Source: Pseudomonadota bacterium
GTDB lineage: Bacteria > UBA10199 > 2-02-FULL-44-16 > DYJF01
Direction: 5' to 3'
Assembly (NCBI GenBank): GCA_043823065.1
Contig: JBDRBB010000010.1
Coordinates: forward strand, 219,725 to 283,724
Length of the DNA stretch: 64,000 bases
A model generated the notes under the pieces. That model had not been told where the DNA came from. It was given only the letters and a program-made list of their open reading frames with translations, and did no database searches. A program made the translations under genes and the position numbers. How positions within the stretch are numbered: position 1 is the stretch's first letter; each line of letters starts with the position of its first letter. This document shows positions 36,389 through 45,762 of this stretch, one piece after another.

Positions 36389-38371
36389 TTACAGTGCAAG
36401 ATATCCCACCACCACCACTGCCCCAATTAAAAAATACAACAAATATTGCTGCACTTTTCCATTTTGCACAAAACCCAACACAGCTGACATAAAACCAAAG
36501 CTGCGAGCTGTGCCATGAATTGCCAGGCCGTCAATATAAATATCATCCACACCTTTCCAAAGGATATTTTTGGAAATCCAAACTAAAGGTTTAGTAAATA
36601 GCGAACTATAAAGTTCATCAATATAATATTTGTTGGCAATTAAGCGATGCGCTAAACTCAGGCGTCTGATCATGGTTTGCGGCCAATCGCGTTTTTGCGA
36701 GTAAATCACCCAGCCCAAAACCGAAAAATGAATAGACCATAAAAGCGTAATTACCATTAAGATGGTTTCTGTAGCTAAAGTTGGTTCGCTTATAGTTGGC
36801 GTGACACCGTAAGCCATAATGCCAGAGAGCCATTGCCAGATTAAATTTGAGCCACCCAATGTTTCAGGTACACCGATAAATCCGCCAAAAGTTGTTAGCA
36901 AAGCCAAGATAGTAAGCGGCATGATCATGGAGGTAGATGATTCATGAACTTTTTTGAACCTTTCCATTGGTAAATTAGTATCGCCAAAGAAAACTAAACC
37001 AACTGCCCGAAAAATATAAAAAGCAGTTAGGCCTGCAGTTAGAAAACTAAGCGTCCACAGCAGATATTCACCTTTTTCATATACCTGCCAGGCAATAGCA
37101 TCTTTGCTAAAAAAACCAGCAAAAGGTGCCAGACCAGACATGGCTGCAGCAGCAATTACAAAGGTCCAGCAGGTTAGAGGCATGCGATAGCGCAGGCCAC
37201 CAAGTTTGCGAATATCAGAAGTGCCAGCAGCTTTTAACACACTTCCAGCGCCTAAAAAGAGCAAGGCCTTGAAAAATGAATGCATAAGCAAATGAAACAT
37301 AGCTGCACTAAAGGCAGCCAGGCCTGCTGCTAAAAACATGTAACCAAGTTGGGAAATTGTAGAATAAGCTAAAATCTTTTTTAGATCAGTTTCAGTTAAA
37401 GCCATGGTTGCTGCAAAAATCGCTGTAACTGCACCGATGATGGCTACAATATGCAAGGCATAAGGAGAAAGGGTAAAAATAAAATTTAAGCGCACTACTA
37501 AATAAACGCCAGCAGTCACCATGGTTGCTGCATGGATTAAGGCAGAAACCGGAGTTGGGCCAACCATGGCATCTGGTAGCCAAACATACAAAGGAATTTG
37601 GGCTGACTTGGCAATAGCTCCGCCAAATAAAAGCAGGGAAATGGCAGTGGCCAAAGGTAGAAAATAGGCCTGATAGTCGTTCATTACTGCAAAATTAAAT
37701 AAGCCCGCCTCAATAGGCGCGCCAGCAGATTTCATCACTAAATAAATAAGAAATAGGCCAGCCAAGAAAAAAACATCGCCAATGCGGTTAATGATAAAAG
37801 CTTTTGTGGCAGCATAGGCCTTGGCATCATCTGTAAACCAATAGCCTATTAATAGATAGGAACAAAGACCAACACCTTCCCAGCCAATGAACATGAGCAC
37901 TAAATTATCAGCCAGAACCAAAATTAACATAAAGAAGAGAAACAGATTTAACTCCGCAAAATAACGGGCATAACCTTCATCATGTTGCATGTAGCCAATG
38001 GAATAAATATGAATGAGCGAACCCACGCCGCTTACCATTAAAGCCATAAGAATAGAGAGTTGGTCAATTTTTAGGCCAACATCTATAACTAGGCTAGGAG
38101 TTGCTGCCCATTGAAACAAGGGACCAGTAATATAAGAGGGGTCTCCTTCTTGAAAGCCAAGCATGGTGATAAATATAATGATAGTGGCGACAAAAGATAG
38201 GGTTGGCAGAATTACGCCTATAAAAGATACTAAAGGACGATAAGCACCAATTTCTCTTTTGTTCGTGGCTAGGGCAATGAAACCATTAAGGCCAGCACCA
38301 ATAAAAGGTAGGGCCACAATCATCCAACTTAAACCCTGAATAGAGAATAATTGATAAAGCCAATCTAACAT
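36389..38371 (-). CDS. nuoL: NADH-quinone oxidoreductase subunit L
   Basis: GWEGVG, KSAQIPLYVWLPDAM.GPTPVSALIHAATMV and KKILAYSTISQLG motifs. Confidence 0.96.
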   Translation of the reverse strand: MLDWLYQLFSIQGLSWMIVALPFIGAGLNGFIALATNKREIGAYRPLVSFIGVILPTLSFVATIIIFITMLGFQEGDPSYITGPLFQWAATPSLVIDVGLKIDQLSILMALMVSGVGSLIHIYSIGYMQHDEGYARYFAELNLFLFFMLILVLADNLVLMFIGWEGVGLCSYLLIGYWFTDDAKAYAATKAFIINRIGDVFFLAGLFLIYLVMKSAGAPIEAGLFNFAVMNDYQAYFLPLATAISLLLFGGAIAKSAQIPLYVWLPDAMVGPTPVSALIHAATMVTAGVYLVVRLNFIFTLSPYALHIVAIIGAVTAIFAATMALTETDLKKILAYSTISQLGYMFLAAGLAAFSAAMFHLLMHSFFKALLFLGAGSVLKAAGTSDIRKLGGLRYRMPLTCWTFVIAAAAMSGLAPFAGFFSKDAIAWQVYEKGEYLLWTLSFLTAGLTAFYIFRAVGLVFFGDTNLPMERFKKVHESSTSMIMPLTILALLTTFGGFIGVPETLGGSNLIWQWLSGIMAYGVTPTISEPTLATETILMVITLLWSIHFSVLGWVIYSQKRDWPQTMIRRLSLAHRLIANKYYIDELYSSLFTKPLVWISKNILWKGVDDIYIDGLAIHGTARSFGFMSAVLGFVQNGKVQQYLLYFLIGAVVVVGYLAL

Positions 38372-38435
38372 AAGTGCATATAATACACTGGCTTATTTCA
38401 GTTGTCATTAGTTAGCTGCATTACTAGAGGTATGA

Positions 38436-39989
38436 TCATAAACTGGGAGCAAATACTCGTCCCAGACCTAATAATCCTGGATGTAGTCCGGAAAAAAAAT
38501 CGTGACTTTCTGGAGGGGGTGCAATCGATTCAATTAAGATATAATTCTTATCTATTGTTTCCAATATTTCTTTACCATAGCGATCTAGGTTCGTATTTAA
38601 ATAGATGCGATCATAAGATTTGGTGGCTATTCTTTCTTTGGTGCCTGCTAATGACAATTTGTTTGCATTCTTGAGTTCCAGCACTGAATTACCTCTATCT
38701 AGTGGAACACCATTAAAACCAGCACTAATGTAATACATGGTTCCTTGCGAAATCATAACACTTCTTTTATTTTGAACATCATGTTTCACTAAATCTTCGA
38801 TCGCTTGACAATATTTATAATGTAAATTTGTTGGGATAACCTTCTTAGGATATATTTGTATTAGCAAACCTAAAAAAAGAATAATTGTTACAGAATTAAC
38901 TAGAAAAATTTTTTTAGCATCAATATCTTTATTAAGCCAAAAAAATTGAAGAAAGATTCTTGGAAAAAATAATAGACATGGCCAGCATATTATTAAAAGC
39001 CACAACTTAATGATGCCTAAATTATTCCAATTTCCTAAATACTTTATATATGCTAAAATATTTGGCACTGCTGCAAATAAACCTACCAAAAGCCAGCAAA
39101 TAAAAAAGCTTCTTTTCTCGCCTTTTGAAAACCACAGATAGATGCAAGCGGCCAATACAAATACAGGTAAAACTCCCCAGAATTTTAAATTAGCCAAAAA
39201 CAGAAGATTTTTCAACATTAGGGCATTGTTAGCGGGAATTTCATAAGTATAAAAATATGCATATTCAGGTAACCATAAAAGGAATATGCTTATTATTGTG
39301 ATACACGAACCCACAACTATCAAGAGCAATAACCTTTTCCATCCCCATATGTTCATTAAGGTATAAATAAGAAGAGGCCCAACAACTGCCAACACTTCTG
39401 TTTGTTTAGTAAATACACCAATTCCAGCTACTATTACTGATATTAGGGCGAGCTTAAAGCTTTTCCTAAAAACCGCTTTGCAACATAAATAAAGAACAAT
39501 TACAGCATGTAATATGTGTAAACAATCAGGGTGAACAACATCTGCAGTAAAATTTTGAAATATGGACAACAAAGCCAAACCAAATATAATAAATGTTAGC
39601 CAGATACTTTGCGCATTATTTTCAATTTTGCTGACTAAAATATTCATGGTCATGGTGGTGAAAATAGCTGTGATAAAGCCGATTATGATTACTATTAAAC
39701 GGAAATACCTGATATCCAAAACAACCCCAAATGTTTTAATTAAAGGATAGGTTAAATATTCCAAACCTGGAGAATAGAAATATGAATTAGCTTGCCAAGG
39801 CGAAGTAAAAATTGGCAACCCATTGTAAAATTTTAACAAATTATTCATGAACGTGCTCTCTGACCACATCAACAAATCCCAAGGGAAGCAAGCTCGATGA
39901 AATATTTTAAAAAATAAAATTAATATCCAGATAATAATAATGGTTAGGAAAAATTTTATTTTAGAAGAACTCATAATATTATGGTTCAT
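38436..39989 (-). CDS. Polytopic membrane protein, GT-C glycosyltransferase-like
   Basis: Many TM segments; WSE loop, YSPG, HPD and TKQ motifs; ATGA overlap with the upstream gene sets the start at 39989. Confidence 0.6.
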   Translation of the reverse strand: MNHNIMSSSKIKFFLTIIIIWILILFFKIFHRACFPWDLLMWSESTFMNNLLKFYNGLPIFTSPWQANSYFYSPGLEYLTYPLIKTFGVVLDIRYFRLIVIIIGFITAIFTTMTMNILVSKIENNAQSIWLTFIIFGLALLSIFQNFTADVVHPDCLHILHAVIVLYLCCKAVFRKSFKLALISVIVAGIGVFTKQTEVLAVVGPLLIYTLMNIWGWKRLLLLIVVGSCITIISIFLLWLPEYAYFYTYEIPANNALMLKNLLFLANLKFWGVLPVFVLAACIYLWFSKGEKRSFFICWLLVGLFAAVPNILAYIKYLGNWNNLGIIKLWLLIICWPCLLFFPRIFLQFFWLNKDIDAKKIFLVNSVTIILFLGLLIQIYPKKVIPTNLHYKYCQAIEDLVKHDVQNKRSVMISQGTMYYISAGFNGVPLDRGNSVLELKNANKLSLAGTKERIATKSYDRIYLNTNLDRYGKEILETIDKNYILIESIAPPPESHDFFSGLHPGLLGLGRVFAPSL

Positions 39990-40489
39990 AACTGAAAAAA
40001 GCTTATACCAAAGAGGGTGAGGATTGTGACCGCAATGCCAGCTAGAGTTACCCCAATAGCATTGGCCAAGATTACGCGTTTGTAGCTGATTCCCAAAAGA
40101 TAAGCGCCCAGAACGCCAGTGTAGCTGCCACTTCCTGGCAGAGGTACAGCAATAAAAAGGGCCACACCAATTATTCCCCATTTTTCCACATAAGGATGAA
40201 TTTTTTTCTGGGCGCGCACTACAAACTTGTTCCATAATTTATTAATGAAAGGAATGCGCTCTAAAAGTAGCATGATATGGTTGATCAAAGGATAAAGTAT
40301 TGTGCCTAAAATCATATTGGAGATTACACACACCAAAAAAACCCAAAGCCAAGGTTCGCCCAGGCCTTGCACTACAATTCCAAAAGGTAGTTCAAGTGAG
40401 CCACCTAAAATTCCATAAGGAATCGAAGCGCGTAACTCAAAAGCAGGAATTAGAGTGATGCCAAATAAAATAAGAATATTGATTAACAT
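39986..40489 (-). CDS. Small multidrug-export-like membrane protein (COG2426)
   Basis: PAFELRASIP and FIAVPLPGSGSYTG motifs. Confidence 0.85.
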   Translation of the reverse strand: MLINILILFGITLIPAFELRASIPYGILGGSLELPFGIVVQGLGEPWLWVFLVCVISNMILGTILYPLINHIMLLLERIPFINKLWNKFVVRAQKKIHPYVEKWGIIGVALFIAVPLPGSGSYTGVLGAYLLGISYKRVILANAIGVTLAGIAVTILTLFGISFFQL

Positions 40490-40492
40490 ATT

Positions 40493-40560
40493 AAATTTCT
40501 AATATCTAATTTCTAAATTCTAAACAATATCTAAATTCAAATGATCAAAACCCAAAACAG
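40493..40560. repeat. Half copy of the AT-rich heptamer element
   Basis: Close to the reverse complement of the copy-3 right arm (AAACAATATCTAAATTCAAATGA.CAAAA..CAAAACAG). Confidence 0.75.
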
Positions 40561-40642
40561 ACTTGCAAAATCATTTTTCAGACCATAAGGTTCTAGCAAC
40601 GTAGGGCAGGTTTTCGAACCGGATTGGTATGCAAAACAGGCT

Positions 40643-40712
40643 TGTCATTCCCGCGGAAGCGGGAATCTAGCCTGTTATAACATGTTGGATCCCCACTTTC
40701 GTGGGGATGACA
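40643..40712. repeat. REP doublet, family A
   Basis: TGTCATTCCCGCGGAAGCGGGAATCTA ... TGGATCCCCACTTTCGTGGGGATGACA. Confidence 0.85.
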
Positions 40713-40729
40713 ATCTAAAAGGGGGACCA

Positions 40730-42664
40730 ATGACACAATTCAAACCTTATATCCCAGCAGAAGATAACGTAAAAGAATATGGCTTGCGGGTAATTATTTT
40801 TGGAGCCATTTTTGGCATTATTTTTGGCTCTGCTAATGCCTATCTTGGTTTGCGGGTAGGCTTAACCATTGCCACCTCCATTCCCATTGCTGTTTTAACT
40901 GTGGCGGTCTTTCGTCTTTTAAAGCCGGTCATGGGTAAATCCACAGTTTTGCAATATATAAACACCCAAACCATTGGTTCAGCTAGTTCTTCTTTGGCTT
41001 CGGGAATCATCTTTACCATTCCAGCCTTGTTCTTATGGGGTCTTTCTCCTTCTATTGCCAAGATTGGAGTGGTGGCTATGTTGGGCGGACTTTTGGGTGT
41101 ATTATTCATGATTCCCTTGCGTCGTTTTTTGATTGTTAAAGAACACGGCACCTTGCCTTATCCAGAAGGTATAGCAGCGGCAGAAGTTATTAAAGCAGCA
41201 GACAAAGGTGGCGCGCGCGCCAAACCAGTTTTTCAGGGTTTAGCTATTGGTTTTCTTTATAAAGCAGTATTAGATGTGTTTAAGCTTTGGCCAGGTTATA
41301 TTTCAGTAAAGATTCCTGGTTTGAAAAACGCGCTTATTGGTTTGACAACCACGCCAGCCTTGATCGGGGTTGGTTATATTTTGGGTTTTAGAATTGCTTC
41401 AATTATGGTGGCTGGTGGTTTGCTTTCTTGGGTTGTGATTATTCCTTTGATCTCCTTGTTTGGCGAAAATTTAACTACCCCACTGTTTCCAGAAACCATC
41501 AAGACCATTGTCCAAATGTCAGCAGATGAAATTTGGTCGCGCTACATCAGGCATATTGGTGCTGGAGCTGTGGCTTTTGCTGGTATTGTCACGGTTATAA
41601 AATCTTTGCCTATTATGTATAATTCTCTAAAAGCTGGACTGCAGGAACTTAAAGCCCATGCTGCTGGCAGGCCCAAGCCAATTCGCACTGATTATGATTT
41701 GCCAATTTATCTGGTATTGTTAGGAGTGATTGCCATTGTCGTAGTTATTGCCTTGGTTCCGCACATTGTGGGAACCATGGATTCTTTTTATATGCGTGTC
41801 ATCTCAGCTGTGGCTATAGCTTTTTTCGCCTTTGTGTTTGTTACAGTTGCTGCGCGTATTGTTGGTATGGTTGGAGTAACCTCTAATCCAACCTCAGGTA
41901 TGATTATTGTTACCTTGCTTGGCACAAGTTTATTTTTCCATCTGGCAGGATGGACTGATCTAAGTGGCATGGCCACAGCCTTGGTGATCGGTACAGTGGT
42001 GGGTATTGCTGCTTCAATTTCTGGAGATGTTTCTCAAGACTTAAAAGCAGGTTATTTATTGGGCGCCACTCCTATGAAACAACAGGTTGGTGAAATGATT
42101 GGCGTGATTGCTTGTGCGTTTTTTATTGCTGGCGCAGTTTGGCTTTTAGGTGAGTCTTTTGGTTTTGGTTCGCAAGAACTGCCAGCTCCACAAGCAACTT
42201 TAATGAAAACCGTGGTGGAAGGTGTACTGCAAGCCAATCTTCCTTGGGGCTTGGTGCTGGTTGGTGCAGCTCTAGCAGCAGTAGCAACTTTACTTGGTAT
42301 TCCACCACTGCCTTTTGCAGTGGGTATTTATCTGCCGCTTTCTACCATGACTCCGGTTTTTGTGGGAGGTTGTATTAGAAGATATGTGGAATATAGACGT
42401 CAGAAAGAACAAGAAAAAACAGGTGATATTGTGGAGCAAGCTGAGGAAAGAGGCGTACTCTTAGGTTCAGGTTTAATTGCTGGCGAAGGATTAATGGGAA
42501 TTGTTTTGGCAGTTTATGCTTTCTATACCAAGAGCAAACCAGCAGGCATTGATCTTGGTCTGCCGCCATTGGCTGCAGATCTGGTTTCTTTGGTCGCGTT
42601 TGGTTTCCTGGGTTACTTTATATTCAAGGTTGCCAGAAAAAAGAGCCATACTTTGAAAGAATAG
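40730..42664 (+). CDS. OPT-family oligopeptide transporter
   Basis: NAYLGLRVG, LPYPEG, SNPTSG, QDLKAGYLLGATP and PAPQA motifs. Confidence 0.93.
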   Translation: MTQFKPYIPAEDNVKEYGLRVIIFGAIFGIIFGSANAYLGLRVGLTIATSIPIAVLTVAVFRLLKPVMGKSTVLQYINTQTIGSASSSLASGIIFTIPALFLWGLSPSIAKIGVVAMLGGLLGVLFMIPLRRFLIVKEHGTLPYPEGIAAAEVIKAADKGGARAKPVFQGLAIGFLYKAVLDVFKLWPGYISVKIPGLKNALIGLTTTPALIGVGYILGFRIASIMVAGGLLSWVVIIPLISLFGENLTTPLFPETIKTIVQMSADEIWSRYIRHIGAGAVAFAGIVTVIKSLPIMYNSLKAGLQELKAHAAGRPKPIRTDYDLPIYLVLLGVIAIVVVIALVPHIVGTMDSFYMRVISAVAIAFFAFVFVTVAARIVGMVGVTSNPTSGMIIVTLLGTSLFFHLAGWTDLSGMATALVIGTVVGIAASISGDVSQDLKAGYLLGATPMKQQVGEMIGVIACAFFIAGAVWLLGESFGFGSQELPAPQATLMKTVVEGVLQANLPWGLVLVGAALAAVATLLGIPPLPFAVGIYLPLSTMTPVFVGGCIRRYVEYRRQKEQEKTGDIVEQAEERGVLLGSGLIAGEGLMGIVLAVYAFYTKSKPAGIDLGLPPLAADLVSLVAFGFLGYFIFKVARKKSHTLKE

Positions 42665-42665
42665 T

Positions 42666-44684
42666 TTAGGGGAGATTAAATAAATATCCTAAACTTAAAA
42701 AATCTGATGCTTCATAGATAGGGGCGCCAACTAGCAATATCTCTTCGTTTGAAGCAATGGCTATACCAAATTTAAGTCCCCATATATTGTCCAAGGGGCT
42801 AAAATTGGCATCTGTAATAGTCCAATTTTCAGCTGGAGATTTGGTTATAGTATGAACAATTCCAGAGCTCATGGTATCGGATTGATGATTTGGGGCAGTA
42901 ATAAAACCTGTTTGTGCAGATAAAGAAACCGCGTAACCGAAATGATCATTTTCTTCACTGTCGATAAATATTAGTTTGTTATTTTCAAATGCAGGCCAGG
43001 TTTCATCAGGATTCATTTTATAAATATAGGCTGCTCCAGCATTAGAAGCTATTTCATCATCTTGAGGGGCGCCAACTATGATCGTATCATTATGTAAAGC
43101 AAGGGCCTGACCAAAATAGTCTCCATGGTTACTATCAGTGGCTTCCAGTTTATAACTTGCCTCTGATAACCATCTGTTGAAGCCATCTCTAGTAAAGATA
43201 TAGGCATAGCCACATCGGTTGGCTATGTTGCCAGCAAGAGGAGCACCAATAACTGCTAAGTTATTGCTTAATGTAACGGCAGCACCAAATAAATTTTTAT
43301 TTGTTTCTTCAGGGATTTCAAAAGTTAGATCTTCTGTGGCTGGCCATTCACCAGCTTCATTTTTCACAAAAAGATAAGCTTGGCCAGGGGCATTCTCTCC
43401 ATCATAAAAGTGGGGAGCTCCAATCAAGGCGATACCGTTTTTTAGAGCAAGTGCATAACCAAAAGATTGCCCAGGTTCTGAATCTGATGAGATAAGCTCA
43501 GCGCTTTCATGATCTGACCAGGATCCATCGGCATTTTTTTCAAAAATATACACCGCACCAGAATCAACTGAAGCTCCATCCTTGCTTGGAGCGCCAATAA
43601 TTATGGTCTCATCTTCAATGGCAACAGCAGCGCCAAATCTATCGCCAGCCGTAGTATTGCTAGCAAATATTTTTTGCATAGCGCTGGTTGGACAAAGACC
43701 AGATAATATTTCACAAGTAATAATGTAAACCGCTCCTGCATTGATGCCTAAAGTGTTATCATGAGGAGCGCCAATCACCATTGTATTTTGGCTAATAGCT
43801 ACTGATTTGCCAAAACCATCGCCAATAATGCGTTGAGTTGGTAATAATATTTGAGTATGCCAATTTGCTAAAGCGGAACTGTTTAAAAAATTTTCTAAGC
43901 TCTGATCAAAATTATCTAAGAAAAAACTGTCAGAAATTTCTCCATCCGCGAAATCATGGCCAAAATCAAAAATTAAAGACATGAGTGTTTCTGCTGGCAG
44001 ACCGTTATCTGCCAATATCTGGCTAAGAGCAGCAATGGTTAAGGCATATCTGTCTTGATCTTTATCAATGTCTATTTGTTTAGCTTTCAACAAATCTGTA
44101 ACATAGGAATAAGTAATATCTATGCCCTGCAAATTAAATAAATTGGCGGTCTCAATCTTGGCTTGATTTATATTTGTTGCCAAATCTGATGTTTGAAGAC
44201 TTTGAGCTAAAAACCTGGTTCTTAAGGCGGCAATTGTGGTCAAAGGAGTTATGCTTAAGCCAGTTATTGAACCATTTTGCGGAACATAAACCAAAAGTGG
44301 GTCAGAAAAATTATTTACCACCAAGATCCCGGTGGCCTCATCTGTATAAGTACCCCCTGTTACCGCAATGGCCAAAGGCGTGAGAAAATTCCCGGTTATT
44401 TTAAATTCACCGTTAACATCAGTCTTTGTTATGGCTTGGATATCGCCCAACGTTGCATCATTATTTAATAGATGAATAACCACTTCAGCATTAATTAGCC
44501 TTCCTTTGGTTACAGTACCAGAAATAGTTGAAGTGGGGTTGCCAACTTCTACAATGCTTTGCTGAGAATTAGTTGGATCTGGTTCATTGCTAGAATCATT
44601 TGTTGCTGAATTAGATATTGATTTTGAAGCTCCGCAACTTGCCATAAATATAACAGCAATCAAAGTGATAATTTTTTTAATCAT
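42666..44684 (-). CDS. Lipoprotein with FG-GAP (integrin-alpha-like) propeller
   Basis: Lipobox MASC; about 7 FG.....IGAP repeats. Confidence 0.85.
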   Translation of the reverse strand: MIKKIITLIAVIFMASCGASKSISNSATNDSSNEPDPTNSQQSIVEVGNPTSTISGTVTKGRLINAEVVIHLLNNDATLGDIQAITKTDVNGEFKITGNFLTPLAIAVTGGTYTDEATGILVVNNFSDPLLVYVPQNGSITGLSITPLTTIAALRTRFLAQSLQTSDLATNINQAKIETANLFNLQGIDITYSYVTDLLKAKQIDIDKDQDRYALTIAALSQILADNGLPAETLMSLIFDFGHDFADGEISDSFFLDNFDQSLENFLNSSALANWHTQILLPTQRIIGDGFGKSVAISQNTMVIGAPHDNTLGINAGAVYIITCEILSGLCPTSAMQKIFASNTTAGDRFGAAVAIEDETIIIGAPSKDGASVDSGAVYIFEKNADGSWSDHESAELISSDSEPGQSFGYALALKNGIALIGAPHFYDGENAPGQAYLFVKNEAGEWPATEDLTFEIPEETNKNLFGAAVTLSNNLAVIGAPLAGNIANRCGYAYIFTRDGFNRWLSEASYKLEATDSNHGDYFGQALALHNDTIIVGAPQDDEIASNAGAAYIYKMNPDETWPAFENNKLIFIDSEENDHFGYAVSLSAQTGFITAPNHQSDTMSSGIVHTITKSPAENWTITDANFSPLDNIWGLKFGIAIASNEEILLVGAPIYEASDFLSLGYLFNLP

Positions 44685-45517
44685 AATTCTCCTATTGGAA
44701 ATAGGTGCAAGTTGAATTGATAAAGATATTTGTCCTGGTTTTTTATCTTTCTATTTTCCAGCAAAGAACAAAGTTTGTAGCGAAAATCGTTTATTTCATT
44801 TACAACAAGATCGTAGTCTTCTTTTCGCACTGTAAAAGTTAGGGAAGATATGTTGCGATATGCTGACGAGGTTTCTTTTAGCGCTTCTAGGCCGAGCTTA
44901 ATCATTTGTTCGTGAAATAAAAAAGCCATCACCGAGTTGGTTTCAGAACCAGTGGTTAGATAGCTTTGAGTGCGGATTAATTTGCCTTTTATGTTACGCT
45001 TAAGGAGTTGCAAGGCAAGTAGCGTGTTAATTGCTTTTCTGGCTTGAACAGGTGTGATTAAATTTTTTAATTTTCTAACGATCCAAGTTTCATTTTCCCT
45101 AAAATCCTCCAAGTTTACCAGTTCTAAAATGGCAGTATAGTACCAGTTTGCCAAGCACCGATATTGTTCCTTGCTTAAAAAAGTTCCTTTTTTCCCCCAA
45201 TAAGCGGAGAGCTCTTTGAGGTGACGTGCTTTGGTGGGCATATCGGTTGCATGATTAAACTTAATCAATGTTTCCAAGCACTGTGCTTCAGAGTCTTTGA
45301 GTTGGAGCGCGGATATGTACTTTATAATGGTTTTAAGAGATATATTTCTTTTGCCTTGAATTAAAAGTAAAAGATGATTGGGTGATTTAAATTCAGCTTG
45401 TGCGCAAAATACGCGGTGAGAAAATTTTGGATCATCCTGTTTTTTCCACTCATACCAAGTTTTTAAATATTTACGATAATCATCAAATTCAAAAATATGC
45501 GGTTTGGTTAGCTTCAT
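44681..45517 (-). CDS. TIGR02147 / DUF4423 family protein
   Basis: IFEFDDYRKYL, FSHR, GKRNIS, WYYTAILEL and YQFNLHLFP motifs. Confidence 0.85.
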   Translation of the reverse strand: MKLTKPHIFEFDDYRKYLKTWYEWKKQDDPKFSHRVFCAQAEFKSPNHLLLLIQGKRNISLKTIIKYISALQLKDSEAQCLETLIKFNHATDMPTKARHLKELSAYWGKKGTFLSKEQYRCLANWYYTAILELVNLEDFRENETWIVRKLKNLITPVQARKAINTLLALQLLKRNIKGKLIRTQSYLTTGSETNSVMAFLFHEQMIKLGLEALKETSSAYRNISSLTFTVRKEDYDLVVNEINDFRYKLCSLLENRKIKNQDKYLYQFNLHLFPIGEL

Positions 45518-45762
45518 AGTGTATGCTGATAGCATACTAAATTTTATTTTTACAATCTAAAAATTGATTTTTTAAATTGGAAAGTAAATTTGCCCATACC
45601 TGCCTAGCTATAATATATTGTAAAATAACATATATTTCTGATATAATTTTTTTTCTGTTATTTTCCTTGTGCTTGGAAGTTCGCTTCTGTATGCCAAAAA
45701 ATAGTAAATATGTCATATCTATATTTAAATAACCTACATTTACTCAACCAAAGGGGGAACAC

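Noticed and set aside
39990..40235. Long N-terminus of the 599-aa membrane ORF
   Set aside because: Overlaps the COG2426 gene in another frame; the ATGA-coupled start at 39989 is more plausible
40601..40620. GTAGGGCAGGTTTTCGAACC as a GTAG-type REP
   Set aside because: Only half a palindrome and a single copy seen
40682..40729. OPT N-terminal extension MLDPHFRGDD, and FadN extension 58981-59040
   Set aside because: REP-derived; family homology begins at the downstream ATGs
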